Of a DNA stretch of 64,000 nucleotides, positions 46,527 to 56,411 are shown piece by piece (positions within the stretch are counted from its first letter, which is position 1; every line of letters starts with the position of its first letter). The stretch lies in contig JBHLNT010000006.1 in the NCBI GenBank assembly GCA_048941265.1, positions 6,987 to 70,986 of the forward strand, in the 5' to 3' direction. A model generated the notes under the pieces. That model saw only the letters and a program-made list of their open reading frames with translations, was not told the DNA's origin and made no database searches. A program made the position numbers and the translations under genes. The stretch comes from Promethearchaeota archaeon. Lineage in GTDB: Archaea; Asgardarchaeota; Lokiarchaeia; Sigyniarchaeales; SOKP01.

Positions 46527-47972
46527 CTAATCTTGATTTATGAACGCGTCATATAAAACATTGACTGCATTCATACAATCCTTTCTTTCAATAATAATGG
46601 TTATATTTAACTCAGAAGATCCTTGAGCGATAGCTCTTACATTAATATTATTGTTACCAAGAGTAGTAAATACTTTTCCCGCGATACCTGGTGTGTGAAG
46701 CATACCAGCTCCAATTACAGCAATCAAGGAAATTTCATGGTCAATTTTTATGTTAAACCATTGTTTTCCGAATAAATCTGAATTTCTCAATAAAAAACTT
46801 ACATTCATAGCATCTTCGATATCGATTCCAAAAGTTATATTATTTTCTGAAGAACTCTGAGATATAAATCTGATTGTAATGTTATTATCACCTAGTAATG
46901 AAAATAATTTAGAAACTGTCCCAGGAAGGGATATCATCGTGCCACTTTCGATGGTTACCATAGAAAGTCTTTCTATTGATGTTATAGCTTTAATTATTTT
47001 TTCATCTTTAATTACTTCTTTTGTAATAGTTGTAAATTCCTCCGATTCAGGATTTTTGAAAGGTCTAATTTCCGATGGAATACTTCCTTTTTCATTTACA
47101 TCGAGACAAACTGGATGAAGTACTTTAGAGCCAAAAAAAGCAAGTTCTTTGGCTTCTACATATGAAATATTTTTTAATAAAGCTGTTTTTTTTGATATTC
47201 TAGGGTCAGCATTTAAAAATCCATTGACATCTTTCCAATATATCACTTTGGTATTAAATTTGGGCTTTAAACAATATGCTACAATTGCAGCAGTTAAATC
47301 TGTCCCACCTCTCCCTAGTGTAGTAATTTTTTTATCCTTCGTTGAACCATAAAATCCAGTTATACAGATTAAATCCACCTTTTCGGATTGTAGAATAGGA
47401 ATTACATTTGTATTAAATGATTCTTCAGTCTCATCTAATAAAGGAAGTGCTCTTCCAAAATTATCATCTGTTATAATTACTTCATCAGAGGAGATAAATT
47501 GAGATTGTATACCTATATCTTGAGAATTTATATATTGGGAAATGATAAAAGTGCTTAATTTTTCTCCATAAGATACAATAATATCTTGAATATCCATACT
47601 TGGCCTAAGTAATCTCACAATTCTCCCTAATTGGCTCAATTCTTCAATATTTTCATCTAAAAAATTCAAAGTATCATTATATTCGGGTTTATTTTCATTA
47701 AAGATCTCATCTATTAGGTTCTTATGAATATTGTAAATATTTTCAATTATATAATCACATTCAGAAGCTTCTTCACAGGATTTTTTATAGAAATCTATAA
47801 GTTTATCGGTTATACCTTTTAGAGCAGAGGTAACAACTACGAGCTTATAATTTTTGTTAGAATTTTTAATTATATTAGTTAATTGATTGAATGACTCAGC
47901 ATTCTGGAGGCATGAGCCCCCAAATTTCATTACAATTAAATTTTCCTTATTTTTAATCAAGTTCATCATCAA
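46527..47972 (-). CDS. Aspartate kinase
   Basis: N-terminus VMKFGGSCL, TTLGRGGTD, and two C-terminal ACT-like repeats. Confidence 0.85.
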   Translation of the reverse strand: MMMNLIKNKENLIVMKFGGSCLQNAESFNQLTNIIKNSNKNYKLVVVTSALKGITDKLIDFYKKSCEEASECDYIIENIYNIHKNLIDEIFNENKPEYNDTLNFLDENIEELSQLGRIVRLLRPSMDIQDIIVSYGEKLSTFIISQYINSQDIGIQSQFISSDEVIITDDNFGRALPLLDETEESFNTNVIPILQSEKVDLICITGFYGSTKDKKITTLGRGGTDLTAAIVAYCLKPKFNTKVIYWKDVNGFLNADPRISKKTALLKNISYVEAKELAFFGSKVLHPVCLDVNEKGSIPSEIRPFKNPESEEFTTITKEVIKDEKIIKAITSIERLSMVTIESGTMISLPGTVSKLFSLLGDNNITIRFISQSSSENNITFGIDIEDAMNVSFLLRNSDLFGKQWFNIKIDHEISLIAVIGAGMLHTPGIAGKVFTTLGNNNINVRAIAQGSSELNITIIIERKDCMNAVNVLYDAFINQD

Positions 47973-48262
47973 ATTAATTTTTCTAACATTCTCTAAAAAT
48001 TATTATTCATTAAAATTAATAGATTTTATCCTATGTATTTATTAGATTTATAAATGCCTATTCTCTTTGCTTTTTTTATAATAATAAAATGTTTTTTTAA
48101 AAAATCGAGCGAAACTTAAACTTAAATGTATAATTAGAATATTATATTATTCGATATATTATTAAATATAAAATAAAAATTGAATTATTGTTTGGATTTT
48201 AAACGATAAAACAATTTTGATTCTACTGATAGTATTTCACCTTTAAAAAGGAGTTTTTTATT

Positions 48263-48982
48263 TTGTTTGATGGAAATCGGATAATCTGCATAGCTCCCTG
48301 CTATAACGAATTGAATAAGATTGATAAAGTAGTGGCAAAAATTGATAAATCCGTTGTTGATGAAATTCTTGTAGTAGACGATGGATCGACGGATGGGTCG
48401 CCAGAAACGGCAAAAAAAAAGGGGGCAAGGGTGATTAGTCTTAATAAAAGAAATGGAGTAGGGTTTACGATCCGTGAGGGTATTGAATATGCAATAAAAA
48501 AAAAGTTCGATATAATCGTAATTATCGCCGGTAATAATAAGGACGATCCAAATGAGATTGTGAGACTATTAAAACCAATTACAAAAAATGGATATGATTT
48601 TGTTCAAGGTTCACGGTTTAAAAAAGGTGGATACTATGGAAATATGCCATTATATAGATTATTAGCCACAAAAATTCATCCTTTACTCTTTTCACTTATC
48701 TCCAGAAAGTATGTAACTGAAAGCACTAATGGTTTTCGGGCGTTTAAAACTTCAATTTTTTTAAATAGAAATCTTAATATTTGGCAAAAATGGCTCGATA
48801 AATATGAATTGGAACCTTACTTATACTATAAAGTAATTAAGCTAGGATATAAAACAAAGGAAGTACCTGTTACTAAAATATATCCCACTAAAGAATTAGG
48901 TTATACGAAAATGAACGCTTTCTCTGGTTGGTGGAGCATTTTTCGACCTTTATTCTTACTTGCGTTTAAAATACGAAAATAG
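48263..48982 (+). CDS. Family 2 glycosyltransferase (dolichyl-phosphate sugar synthase-like)
   Basis: ICIAPCYNE...VVDDGSTDGS...NGFRAF motif series. Confidence 0.8.
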   Translation: MFDGNRIICIAPCYNELNKIDKVVAKIDKSVVDEILVVDDGSTDGSPETAKKKGARVISLNKRNGVGFTIREGIEYAIKKKFDIIVIIAGNNKDDPNEIVRLLKPITKNGYDFVQGSRFKKGGYYGNMPLYRLLATKIHPLLFSLISRKYVTESTNGFRAFKTSIFLNRNLNIWQKWLDKYELEPYLYYKVIKLGYKTKEVPVTKIYPTKELGYTKMNAFSGWWSIFRPLFLLAFKIRK

Positions 48983-48998
48983 CGCTCAAAAAAAACTA

Positions 48999-50039
48999 TT
49001 AATGAACAAATAGAATAAAGATGTATGCTAAAAAGACTCCGAATATTGATAAAATATACGTTAATACGTGATTGTCTACTATAAATTCTTTTTTTTTATT
49101 AAATATATTTAAATTAAAAGTATAAATTTCTTTTTCTTTTAAAATACCATAATAAATTAAGGTTTGAAACCATCTCAAAAAAGGGTAACTAAAAATCATG
49201 AATGAAGCAGTAGCCATAATAGAAATAATCGAAATTTCGAAAGAATCTGCATTTTTCAGTCTTAAAAAGGTATATACTAAAAATATGCTGCAAATGGGGA
49301 TTAATCTTAAATATAATGGTAAAGAATTAATAGAAGACCACCGAAATATCTCCCGATAAAACCATTCAAAGTATAGTAATGGAAAAACTAAAAAAACTAT
49401 TAATAGAGGGATTATACAGATTAAAAAAATTTTCAATTCTCTCCAATTCTTTTCATATATATATTTTACAAAAAAAAATCCAGAAGCAGGTAAGGTATAG
49501 TATTTTATACACATTGATAAACCCAAGAATATATAAAACAAGTATTTCGCATACAATTCCTTTTTGGGATAGAAAATAAATGCCATTAATAAAAAGAATA
49601 AAAAAAAAGCATCTGTAATATGGTAACCGCAATTTTCTAGGCTAAATGAATTGGTTAAAAAATAGAAAGGATTGATTAAAAATAGACCAAAAACATAATT
49701 TTTATTTTTAATTTGAAAATTTTTTAAAACAAAGTAAATCATCAAAGATGTTATCAAATCCCAAAAAAAGCCCCAGAATATAAAAATTTCAATTTTCCCA
49801 AAGGAAAGGAACCTAAAAATCTCTAATAAAATAATTGTCAATGGTGGACTTGTTAAATTAGCTTTATAATAATTCCCAATATCGCCCCATGACTTTTGAG
49901 GATCCACTGAATGAGTATAATAATAATAAATTAGCATGAATATTCTGGCTGTTATCCCAGCCATGATAAAAAGATTAGCTTTAATTTTCAAGGTATTATA
50001 AGTTTTATTTTTTTTTTCAATACTATTTTCGTTGTTCAT
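48999..50039 (-). CDS. Polytopic membrane protein, possible GT-C-type glycosyltransferase
   Basis: About 10 hydrophobic helices in a glycosylation-gene context. No firm motif. Confidence 0.3.
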   Translation of the reverse strand: MNNENSIEKKNKTYNTLKIKANLFIMAGITARIFMLIYYYYTHSVDPQKSWGDIGNYYKANLTSPPLTIILLEIFRFLSFGKIEIFIFWGFFWDLITSLMIYFVLKNFQIKNKNYVFGLFLINPFYFLTNSFSLENCGYHITDAFFLFFLLMAFIFYPKKELYAKYLFYIFLGLSMCIKYYTLPASGFFFVKYIYEKNWRELKIFLICIIPLLIVFLVFPLLYFEWFYREIFRWSSINSLPLYLRLIPICSIFLVYTFLRLKNADSFEISIISIMATASFMIFSYPFLRWFQTLIYYGILKEKEIYTFNLNIFNKKKEFIVDNHVLTYILSIFGVFLAYIFILFVH

Positions 50040-50095
50040 TCCAATTTCCTAATTAATTTAATAAATTATTTATGAGTTAGAATTTATTTAGATAA

Positions 50096-51142
50096 TTATA
50101 ATTTTATATCCCGTGTTTCTTTTAATTTGAAATTGTAGTGAAAAATTGAATATCCCCCATAAAACAGAATATATGCGCTCCTAAATAAATGATCAATAAT
50201 AAATATAGCTAATATTTCTATAAATGGAATTTGAGGATAAAAAACAAATATAAACAGAGCTCCAATGTTTTCTGAAATTCCCCACCCTCCAGGAGTTATC
50301 GGAAAAGTTTTGCTAAAAAAAACGAGTATCACTGCTAAAAGCAAAACAATTATATTTATTTTATAACCTAAATAATAAAAAAAAATAACAATTATAAGTG
50401 CATCAATTAGCCACGTAATAAATCCCAATAATAAAACATATATAAGTTCTTTTTGATTTTTTTTGAATGTTTTCATACCATCTTTAAAATTATAAATAAA
50501 TTTACCTAATAGATCAGCTAATTTAATCCAGAACTTTCCAATGATTTTTAATAATACATCTGTTTTAGAAATTAATAAAAATAAGACCATTAAAATTGTT
50601 GTAATAATAATTGCTCCTAATGCCAGATATAGTTGTAAATTCTGACCTAATATAATCATAGCTGAATTCTCATTGTATGAATTAATGTATAAGTAAAAAA
50701 ATGCTAAGCAGCTTATAATAAACAATAATACTAAATCCAAAACTCTTTCAATTGTAATTCCGCATACAGATTCACTTAAATGTAATTTTTCTTGATCTCT
50801 TATAACTACTATTTTTGCTAATTCACCAAATTTTCCAGGAGTTATATCATTTACAATGAAGCAAATCCCAGTAGTAAAATACGCAGTTTGAAACATAATC
50901 TTGTGTTTCAAACCTTTAAAAATTAATTTTAATTTGGCAGATCTAAATAAAAATGCTGACGTGTATGCTATAATAAATAATAAAGTTCCATTAATCCCAA
51001 TTAGGCTAATTTTTAAAAGTAAACTACGAAAGTCCACAATCAAAATCATAAATACTATTACGATAATTGTAAAAAAAAAAACAAGAATTCTATTTCTTTT
51101 TTCCAACCAAAGTTTCAATTTATTATTTTTTATCATATTCAT
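50096..51142 (-). CDS. Flippase-like / LPG-synthase-TM (UPF0104) family membrane protein
   Basis: Polytopic, with TPGKFGELAKIVV and TPGGWGISE segments typical of the family. Confidence 0.55.
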   Translation of the reverse strand: MNMIKNNKLKLWLEKRNRILVFFFTIIVIVFMILIVDFRSLLLKISLIGINGTLLFIIAYTSAFLFRSAKLKLIFKGLKHKIMFQTAYFTTGICFIVNDITPGKFGELAKIVVIRDQEKLHLSESVCGITIERVLDLVLLFIISCLAFFYLYINSYNENSAMIILGQNLQLYLALGAIIITTILMVLFLLISKTDVLLKIIGKFWIKLADLLGKFIYNFKDGMKTFKKNQKELIYVLLLGFITWLIDALIIVIFFYYLGYKINIIVLLLAVILVFFSKTFPITPGGWGISENIGALFIFVFYPQIPFIEILAIFIIDHLFRSAYILFYGGYSIFHYNFKLKETRDIKL

Positions 51143-51437
51143 GATTTAAAGTTCAAAATTTTTGCTATATCTTAAATTTTTTTTAGAATTTTTTAATTTA
51201 AAAAAAATCTATATTTATACTTTCATATTATAACGGAGATAACCCTAAATATTTAATTTAAGGTAAATTTAATATTAAAATATTTAATAGAAAAAAAAAA
51301 AAATCTTAATATCGATTGCAGAATTTGCCAGAGTATTTTTTAAATATATTTTATAACGTTAACCATAATATTTATACTATTAAACATTGAGTTATTTATT
51401 AAGGGTATAGAAAAAATTTTCAGAATTGGGTTAATTA

Positions 51438-51875
51438 TTGACAGTTAAAGATTGTATACTTGGCGAGAATGTAAATATTATTGAACCAGTCAATTTATAT
51501 GGCTGTGTTTTAGGAGATAATTGTTTCATAGGTCCATTCGTAGAAATTCAAAAAAATGTTATAATTGGGAATAACACTCGAATACAGAGTCATTCTTTTG
51601 TATGCGAAGGGGTAGAAATTGGAAATAAGTGTTTTATTAGTCACGGAACAATTTTCACGAATGATAAATTTGATTCCCCAAAAATTAAAACATGGATAAT
51701 GAGAAAGACAATAATAGGTGATAATGTCCGGATCGGTTCAAATACTACTATATTACCTGTCAAAATTGGAGATAACTCAATTATAGGAGCCGGCGCAGTT
51801 GTTACAAAAGATATTCCCGCTAATTGTATTGTAGCTGGTAATCCAGCAAGGATATTAAGAAAATTAGATCTATAA
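51438..51875 (+). CDS. Left-handed beta-helix (hexapeptide) sugar N/O-acetyltransferase, WbpD-like
   Basis: Hexapeptide repeats throughout, with a C-terminal VAGNPARIL. Confidence 0.8.
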   Translation: MTVKDCILGENVNIIEPVNLYGCVLGDNCFIGPFVEIQKNVIIGNNTRIQSHSFVCEGVEIGNKCFISHGTIFTNDKFDSPKIKTWIMRKTIIGDNVRIGSNTTILPVKIGDNSIIGAGAVVTKDIPANCIVAGNPARILRKLDL

Positions 51876-51876
51876 A

Positions 51877-52767
51877 ATGAGAGTTGCAATAATAGGATTG
51901 GGCTATTGGGGTAATATTATCCTAAGAAATTTAGAGAATTTAGGAATCGAGGATATTATAATCTGTGATAGCTCTATTAAAAATACGAGAGAATATCAGA
52001 GATATCCCACAGTTAACAAATATCAGGATTTAGATTGCGATTCTGTATTCATAATAACCCCAACATCAACTCATTATGAAATAAGCAAGCATTTTCTTGA
52101 GAGAGAAGTCAATACTTTCTGTGAAAAACCTCTAACTACCTCATCTTTGGAGGCAGAAAAGTTATATAAAATCGCTTTTGAAAAAAGAGTGATTTTGTTT
52201 ACAAATTGGATTTTTACGTTCAATTCACATATTGAAACAATAAAAAGAGATTATGAAAGTAGAAAATTAGGAAAAATTAATAGTATTTTCATGAACAGAC
52301 TAAATTTAGGGCCAGAAAGACACGATGTTAATGCACGATGGGACTTAGCTTCTCATGATGTTTCAATAATTCAATATCTTTTCTCAGAAATACCAAAAAA
52401 CGTAAGATGGACTGATTATAAAAGGGACAATAATTCAGATCAAGAAGATAGCTCTTTAGGACTATTAGAGTACAATGATTTTGTAGCCAGTATTAATGTT
52501 AGTTGGCATTACAGAAAAAAAGTTAGAGAATGTGTTTTTGAATTTGATAAATTTTTCGTAGTTTGGGATGATTATAAAAGAGTATTAGAATATGAGAATT
52601 CTCAAAATTTAAGTTATCCTATTTATTCAGGTAATCTGAGTTATCCCTGTGCTTATTATCAAGAACCATTAAAAAATGCTATAAAATCATTTTTCTCTTT
52701 TTCTATTGAAGATATGAAGCTACAAAAAAAATTGACGATAGATACCATAAATATTTTGGAGAAATAA
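51877..52767 (+). CDS. Gfo/Idh/MocA-family NAD-dependent oxidoreductase, WbpB-like
   Basis: MRVAIIGLGYWG Rossmann start and the EKP motif (FCEKPL). Confidence 0.75.
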   Translation: MRVAIIGLGYWGNIILRNLENLGIEDIIICDSSIKNTREYQRYPTVNKYQDLDCDSVFIITPTSTHYEISKHFLEREVNTFCEKPLTTSSLEAEKLYKIAFEKRVILFTNWIFTFNSHIETIKRDYESRKLGKINSIFMNRLNLGPERHDVNARWDLASHDVSIIQYLFSEIPKNVRWTDYKRDNNSDQEDSSLGLLEYNDFVASINVSWHYRKKVRECVFEFDKFFVVWDDYKRVLEYENSQNLSYPIYSGNLSYPCAYYQEPLKNAIKSFFSFSIEDMKLQKKLTIDTINILEK

Positions 52768-52771
52768 TATA

Positions 52772-53902
52772 ATGAAAATAATGTTTAATGATTTATCAAA
52801 GCAATGGAGCATCATAAAGGAAAATACTATGCCAAAACTACAATCTCTTTTCGAAAATTCTAATTACATTGGTGGTAGAGCCATTAAAGAATTCGAAGAT
52901 AATTTTGCAGCTTATTGTGGCACTGAATATGCAATAGGTGTTTCCAACGGAACAGATGCATTAAAATTATGCTTAGCAGCATTTCAATTAGAATCTCCTT
53001 GCGGCATTTTAATTCCTGCTAATACCTTTATTGCCACTGCATTAGCTGTTACTTACGTACCTGACTTGAATTATGAAATGATATTAGTGGATTGCGATAA
53101 TTATTATCAAATTGATGTAAAGTTATTAGAGTCATATTTAACAAAAAATAGGAAAAATTGGAAGACATGTGTTATAATTCCAGTTCATTTGTACGGTCAT
53201 CCATCAGATATGAAAAGTATACTTCAAATTGCAGAGAAATTCAATTGTTACATTTTAGAAGATTCGTCACAGGCCCATGGAGCAATGGTAATAAATAATA
53301 AAGTGGGAAGTCTAGGAGATATTTCAGCATTTTCCCTATATCCAGGTAAAAATTTAGGAGCTGCTGGAGATGCTGGTATTATAACAACAAATAGTGAAGT
53401 CTTAAATAATCGATTATTATCTTTAAGAAATTATGGTTCTAGTAAAAAATATTATTATGATATGAAAGGTTGGAATAATAGGTTAGATACGATCCAAGCA
53501 ATTATTTTAAACGAAAAATTAAAACATTTAGATAAATGGAATGATATGAGGATTAAAGTTGCGAAAAGATATGATGAATTATTCGAAAATAATGAGCAAG
53601 TTATTACCCCCAAGACGGCGCCTTACATTAATAAACAAGTTTATCACATTTATGCTATTCGAATAAAACAAAGAGAAGATTTTCAAAAATATTTACTTAA
53701 AAACAATATACCCACAATAATTCATTATCCTATTCCTATTCAAAAAACTAATCCATTTAAACATCTTGATATTTTTGATAATGAAAAAACCTTAAAATTT
53801 TCTAATGAATTAATTAGTCTACCAATGCATCCTTTCTTAAGGGAAGAAGAAATTAATTACATCACTCAAAAAATAAACGATTATTTTAAAAGGCAATTGT
53901 GA
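52772..53902 (+). CDS. DegT/DnrJ/EryC1-family PLP sugar aminotransferase, WbpE-like
   Basis: GGRAIKEFEDNFAAYCG, DSSQAHGA and SLYPGKNLGA (PLP Lys) motifs. Confidence 0.9.
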   Translation: MKIMFNDLSKQWSIIKENTMPKLQSLFENSNYIGGRAIKEFEDNFAAYCGTEYAIGVSNGTDALKLCLAAFQLESPCGILIPANTFIATALAVTYVPDLNYEMILVDCDNYYQIDVKLLESYLTKNRKNWKTCVIIPVHLYGHPSDMKSILQIAEKFNCYILEDSSQAHGAMVINNKVGSLGDISAFSLYPGKNLGAAGDAGIITTNSEVLNNRLLSLRNYGSSKKYYYDMKGWNNRLDTIQAIILNEKLKHLDKWNDMRIKVAKRYDELFENNEQVITPKTAPYINKQVYHIYAIRIKQREDFQKYLLKNNIPTIIHYPIPIQKTNPFKHLDIFDNEKTLKFSNELISLPMHPFLREEEINYITQKINDYFKRQL

Positions 53903-53963
53903 TGTTATCATCTCAACTTTAAATTTAAAAGTTTAGAAAAAGTTAATAAAAAAAAATAATATA

Positions 53964-54289
53964 TTGAAGAGAGTAGAATTATTAGCACCTGCAAGAAATT
54001 TTAAAGCAATTAAAGGGGCATCAAATTACGCAGATTCTATCTATTTCAGAATAAAAAAATTTAATATGAGATCTTATACAGAAAATTTTAATTTAGGAGA
54101 ACTCATAAAAGTTGTATATTATTGCAAAAAAAAGAATTAAAGACTTATTTAACAACAAACATCTTATGATACGACAATGAACTTACTGAGAATCGTACGA
54201 TTATTGAGGAGGCAAAAAATTCAGGGATTGATGCTAAAATCCTTCATGATCTAGCATCTCGGGGAACAAAACTAATAGTATTATTATAG
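53964..54289 (+). pseudogene. Peptidase U32-family gene remnant (frameshift, internal stop, truncation)
   Basis: RVELLAPARNFKAIKGASNYADSIYFRIKKFNMRSYTENFNLGELIKVVYYCKKK matches the U32 N-terminus. The frame shifts in the A8 run at 54126-54133, then reads ELKTYLTTNIL[TGA 54167-54169]YDNELTENRTIIEEAKNSGIDAKILHDLASRG. Only about 110 of more than 400 expected aa remain. Confidence 0.7.
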
Positions 54290-54421
54290 AATTGGAGATT
54301 GAAGATTTTGTTATTGGTGATGGAAAGGATAAATTATATATCTTCACAGATAAAACTTACAAGAAAAACTCTTATTCATTATAAAAATCAATTAATTAAA
54401 TTCAAATAAGAAAAAAAAATA

Positions 54422-56257
54422 TTAGAGTTTAACTAGACCTAAATTTTTCAATTTTTCTTGACTAGGTAAACCAGTTTCGGGATCAAATGTTCTGTATTTA
54501 TAATAAGCGTCTTTTAATTTCTGAAAATTGGGTGTTTTTCCAGCTGAACCACCCTCATTAAGTGGCTTTAGTAATATTTGAGGTAATCTATCGTCAGCAG
54601 GCGTAATTCCCATTTTTAGATTAAACAATCTCTTCATCATATAAATTCTTTCAGCTAAAACTTTTAATTTTTCAACATCACATTCTATTCCTAATGCCCC
54701 TTGGATTAATTCCGCGGTCATCGAAGGAGGGGGATTACAAAATCCACATAATATTAAAGAATTATTTAATGCTCGATAATCTTGAGCAAGAGCACTTATG
54801 ATTGCCATATCTTCACCATCTGAGTACCAATCAATCAGTTCAATTCCAAGCTCTTCAAATGGTAGTCCTAATAAAATTAGAAAGACATCACACGAACAAT
54901 GACATGGACCACGGGGGGTAGCTACTCCGTAACCGATAGCCATTCCAAAACAACGTCTTAAATCATGATAGGGTACTTCCATTCCATAGACTGTTGCGAT
55001 TTCATCCTGAGGAATCTTAAATTTTTTCCCTAATGCATCGGATCCTTCCGCCATAATATCGCCAATTCCTTCTCTTAGCGAAATTTTTTTTATTAATTCC
55101 AAAGCCGGTTTTACATCACCCCACACTGGTGTTAAACCATCAATGTCCTGGGATTTTATTTTACCATTATTGAATAAGTAATATACAAATGCAATTGTAC
55201 TGCTACCGCTAATAGTATCTATTCCGTAATCATTGCACAACTCATTTGCTCTAACTATTGCTTCAAGATTATCATTTAAAATTAATGATCCAAATCCAAC
55301 AACAGCTTCATATTCAGGTGCTTCTACTTGGCCTTCGGTTTTATATTCTCCCTCGGTTACTTCTGCCTTTTTGGCACATCCAATTGAACAAGCAAAACAA
55401 GGATAATTCGCTTTAAAAATTTTTTCTGAAGCTGTTGCTCCTGAAATATTAAAAGCACCATCCCAACTACCTAAAGTCCAATATTTTATTGGTAATTCTC
55501 CTTCAGAATTGTATTTATCAAGAGCCCCCGAAGTACCGAGAATACTAAGCATTTGAGATGCGAATGAAGATGATACGTTTTCTCTGATTTTTTCTGCAGC
55601 AATTTTAAAGCTATCAGGATCAGCAGGTTCATATGCTCTTTTTTTGCCTCTTACTGTAATAGCTTTTAACTTTTTAGATCCCATAACTGCTCCCATTCCT
55701 GTTCTTCCTGCTGCTTTCTCTTCCGATGCAACAGTTGCAAATCTTACTAAATTTTCTCCGGCTTGACCTATACACGCGATTCTAGTAAGGTCTGAACCCG
55801 ATAGTTCTTTAAGAATTTTTGAAGTCTCAAATATACCTTTACCCCATAATGAAGATGCATCTTTTAATTCGGCACTGTTCTCCGTAATTGCTAGATACAC
55901 AGGATTATCCGATGCTCCTTTAATAATTATTCCATCATATCCAGTCTTTTTTAATTCAGGTCCAAAAAATCCACCACAAATAGCCTCTCCCCAAATACCG
56001 GTTAATGGTGATTTAGCGCACACTGCAAATCTACCACTTGTGAGTGTATTTGAACCACATAAGAATCCAGGCATAAACATTAATATGTTATCTGAAGATA
56101 ATGGATCTGTATCTTTATCTATATGATCATATAAATAACGACAAGCATAACCGGTACCACCAAGAAAATTGTTTGCGATCTCCTCATTAATTGGTTCTTC
56201 AATTATTTCTTTGGTACTTAGATCAACTTTTAAGAGTTTTCCAATAAAACCATTCAT
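54422..56257 (-). CDS. aor: Tungsten-type aldehyde:ferredoxin oxidoreductase
   Basis: The N-terminus GKLLKVDLSTKEI is AOR-typical. It also has the Cys-rich cluster-binding region and a typical length. Confidence 0.9.
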   Translation of the reverse strand: MNGFIGKLLKVDLSTKEIIEEPINEEIANNFLGGTGYACRYLYDHIDKDTDPLSSDNILMFMPGFLCGSNTLTSGRFAVCAKSPLTGIWGEAICGGFFGPELKKTGYDGIIIKGASDNPVYLAITENSAELKDASSLWGKGIFETSKILKELSGSDLTRIACIGQAGENLVRFATVASEEKAAGRTGMGAVMGSKKLKAITVRGKKRAYEPADPDSFKIAAEKIRENVSSSFASQMLSILGTSGALDKYNSEGELPIKYWTLGSWDGAFNISGATASEKIFKANYPCFACSIGCAKKAEVTEGEYKTEGQVEAPEYEAVVGFGSLILNDNLEAIVRANELCNDYGIDTISGSSTIAFVYYLFNNGKIKSQDIDGLTPVWGDVKPALELIKKISLREGIGDIMAEGSDALGKKFKIPQDEIATVYGMEVPYHDLRRCFGMAIGYGVATPRGPCHCSCDVFLILLGLPFEELGIELIDWYSDGEDMAIISALAQDYRALNNSLILCGFCNPPPSMTAELIQGALGIECDVEKLKVLAERIYMMKRLFNLKMGITPADDRLPQILLKPLNEGGSAGKTPNFQKLKDAYYKYRTFDPETGLPSQEKLKNLGLVKL

Positions 56258-56411
56258 TTTTTTCGCTCCTTATTTTCTTTTTTTGTAACATTAATTTTTT
56301 ACATATAATTATTTTTATTTCAATTTAAAATATATTTTCTTTTTGATTTTAAAACGGAATTTTAGAAAAATACTGGAGAGAATAAAAAATATATTAGGAA
56401 AATTAGACCGA

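Noticed and set aside
46524-46529. Convergent pgi and aspartate-kinase genes whose stop codons abut with zero spacer (TAA / complement TAG)
   Set aside because: This is real but not unusual in compact archaeal genomes, and no further signal is attached to it.
54167-54169. In-frame TGA inside the U32 remnant as a possible selenocysteine codon
   Set aside because: The locus also has a frameshift and lacks about three quarters of the gene. The TGA does not align with a Cys position in U32 proteins as far as I can tell, and there is no downstream hairpin element.
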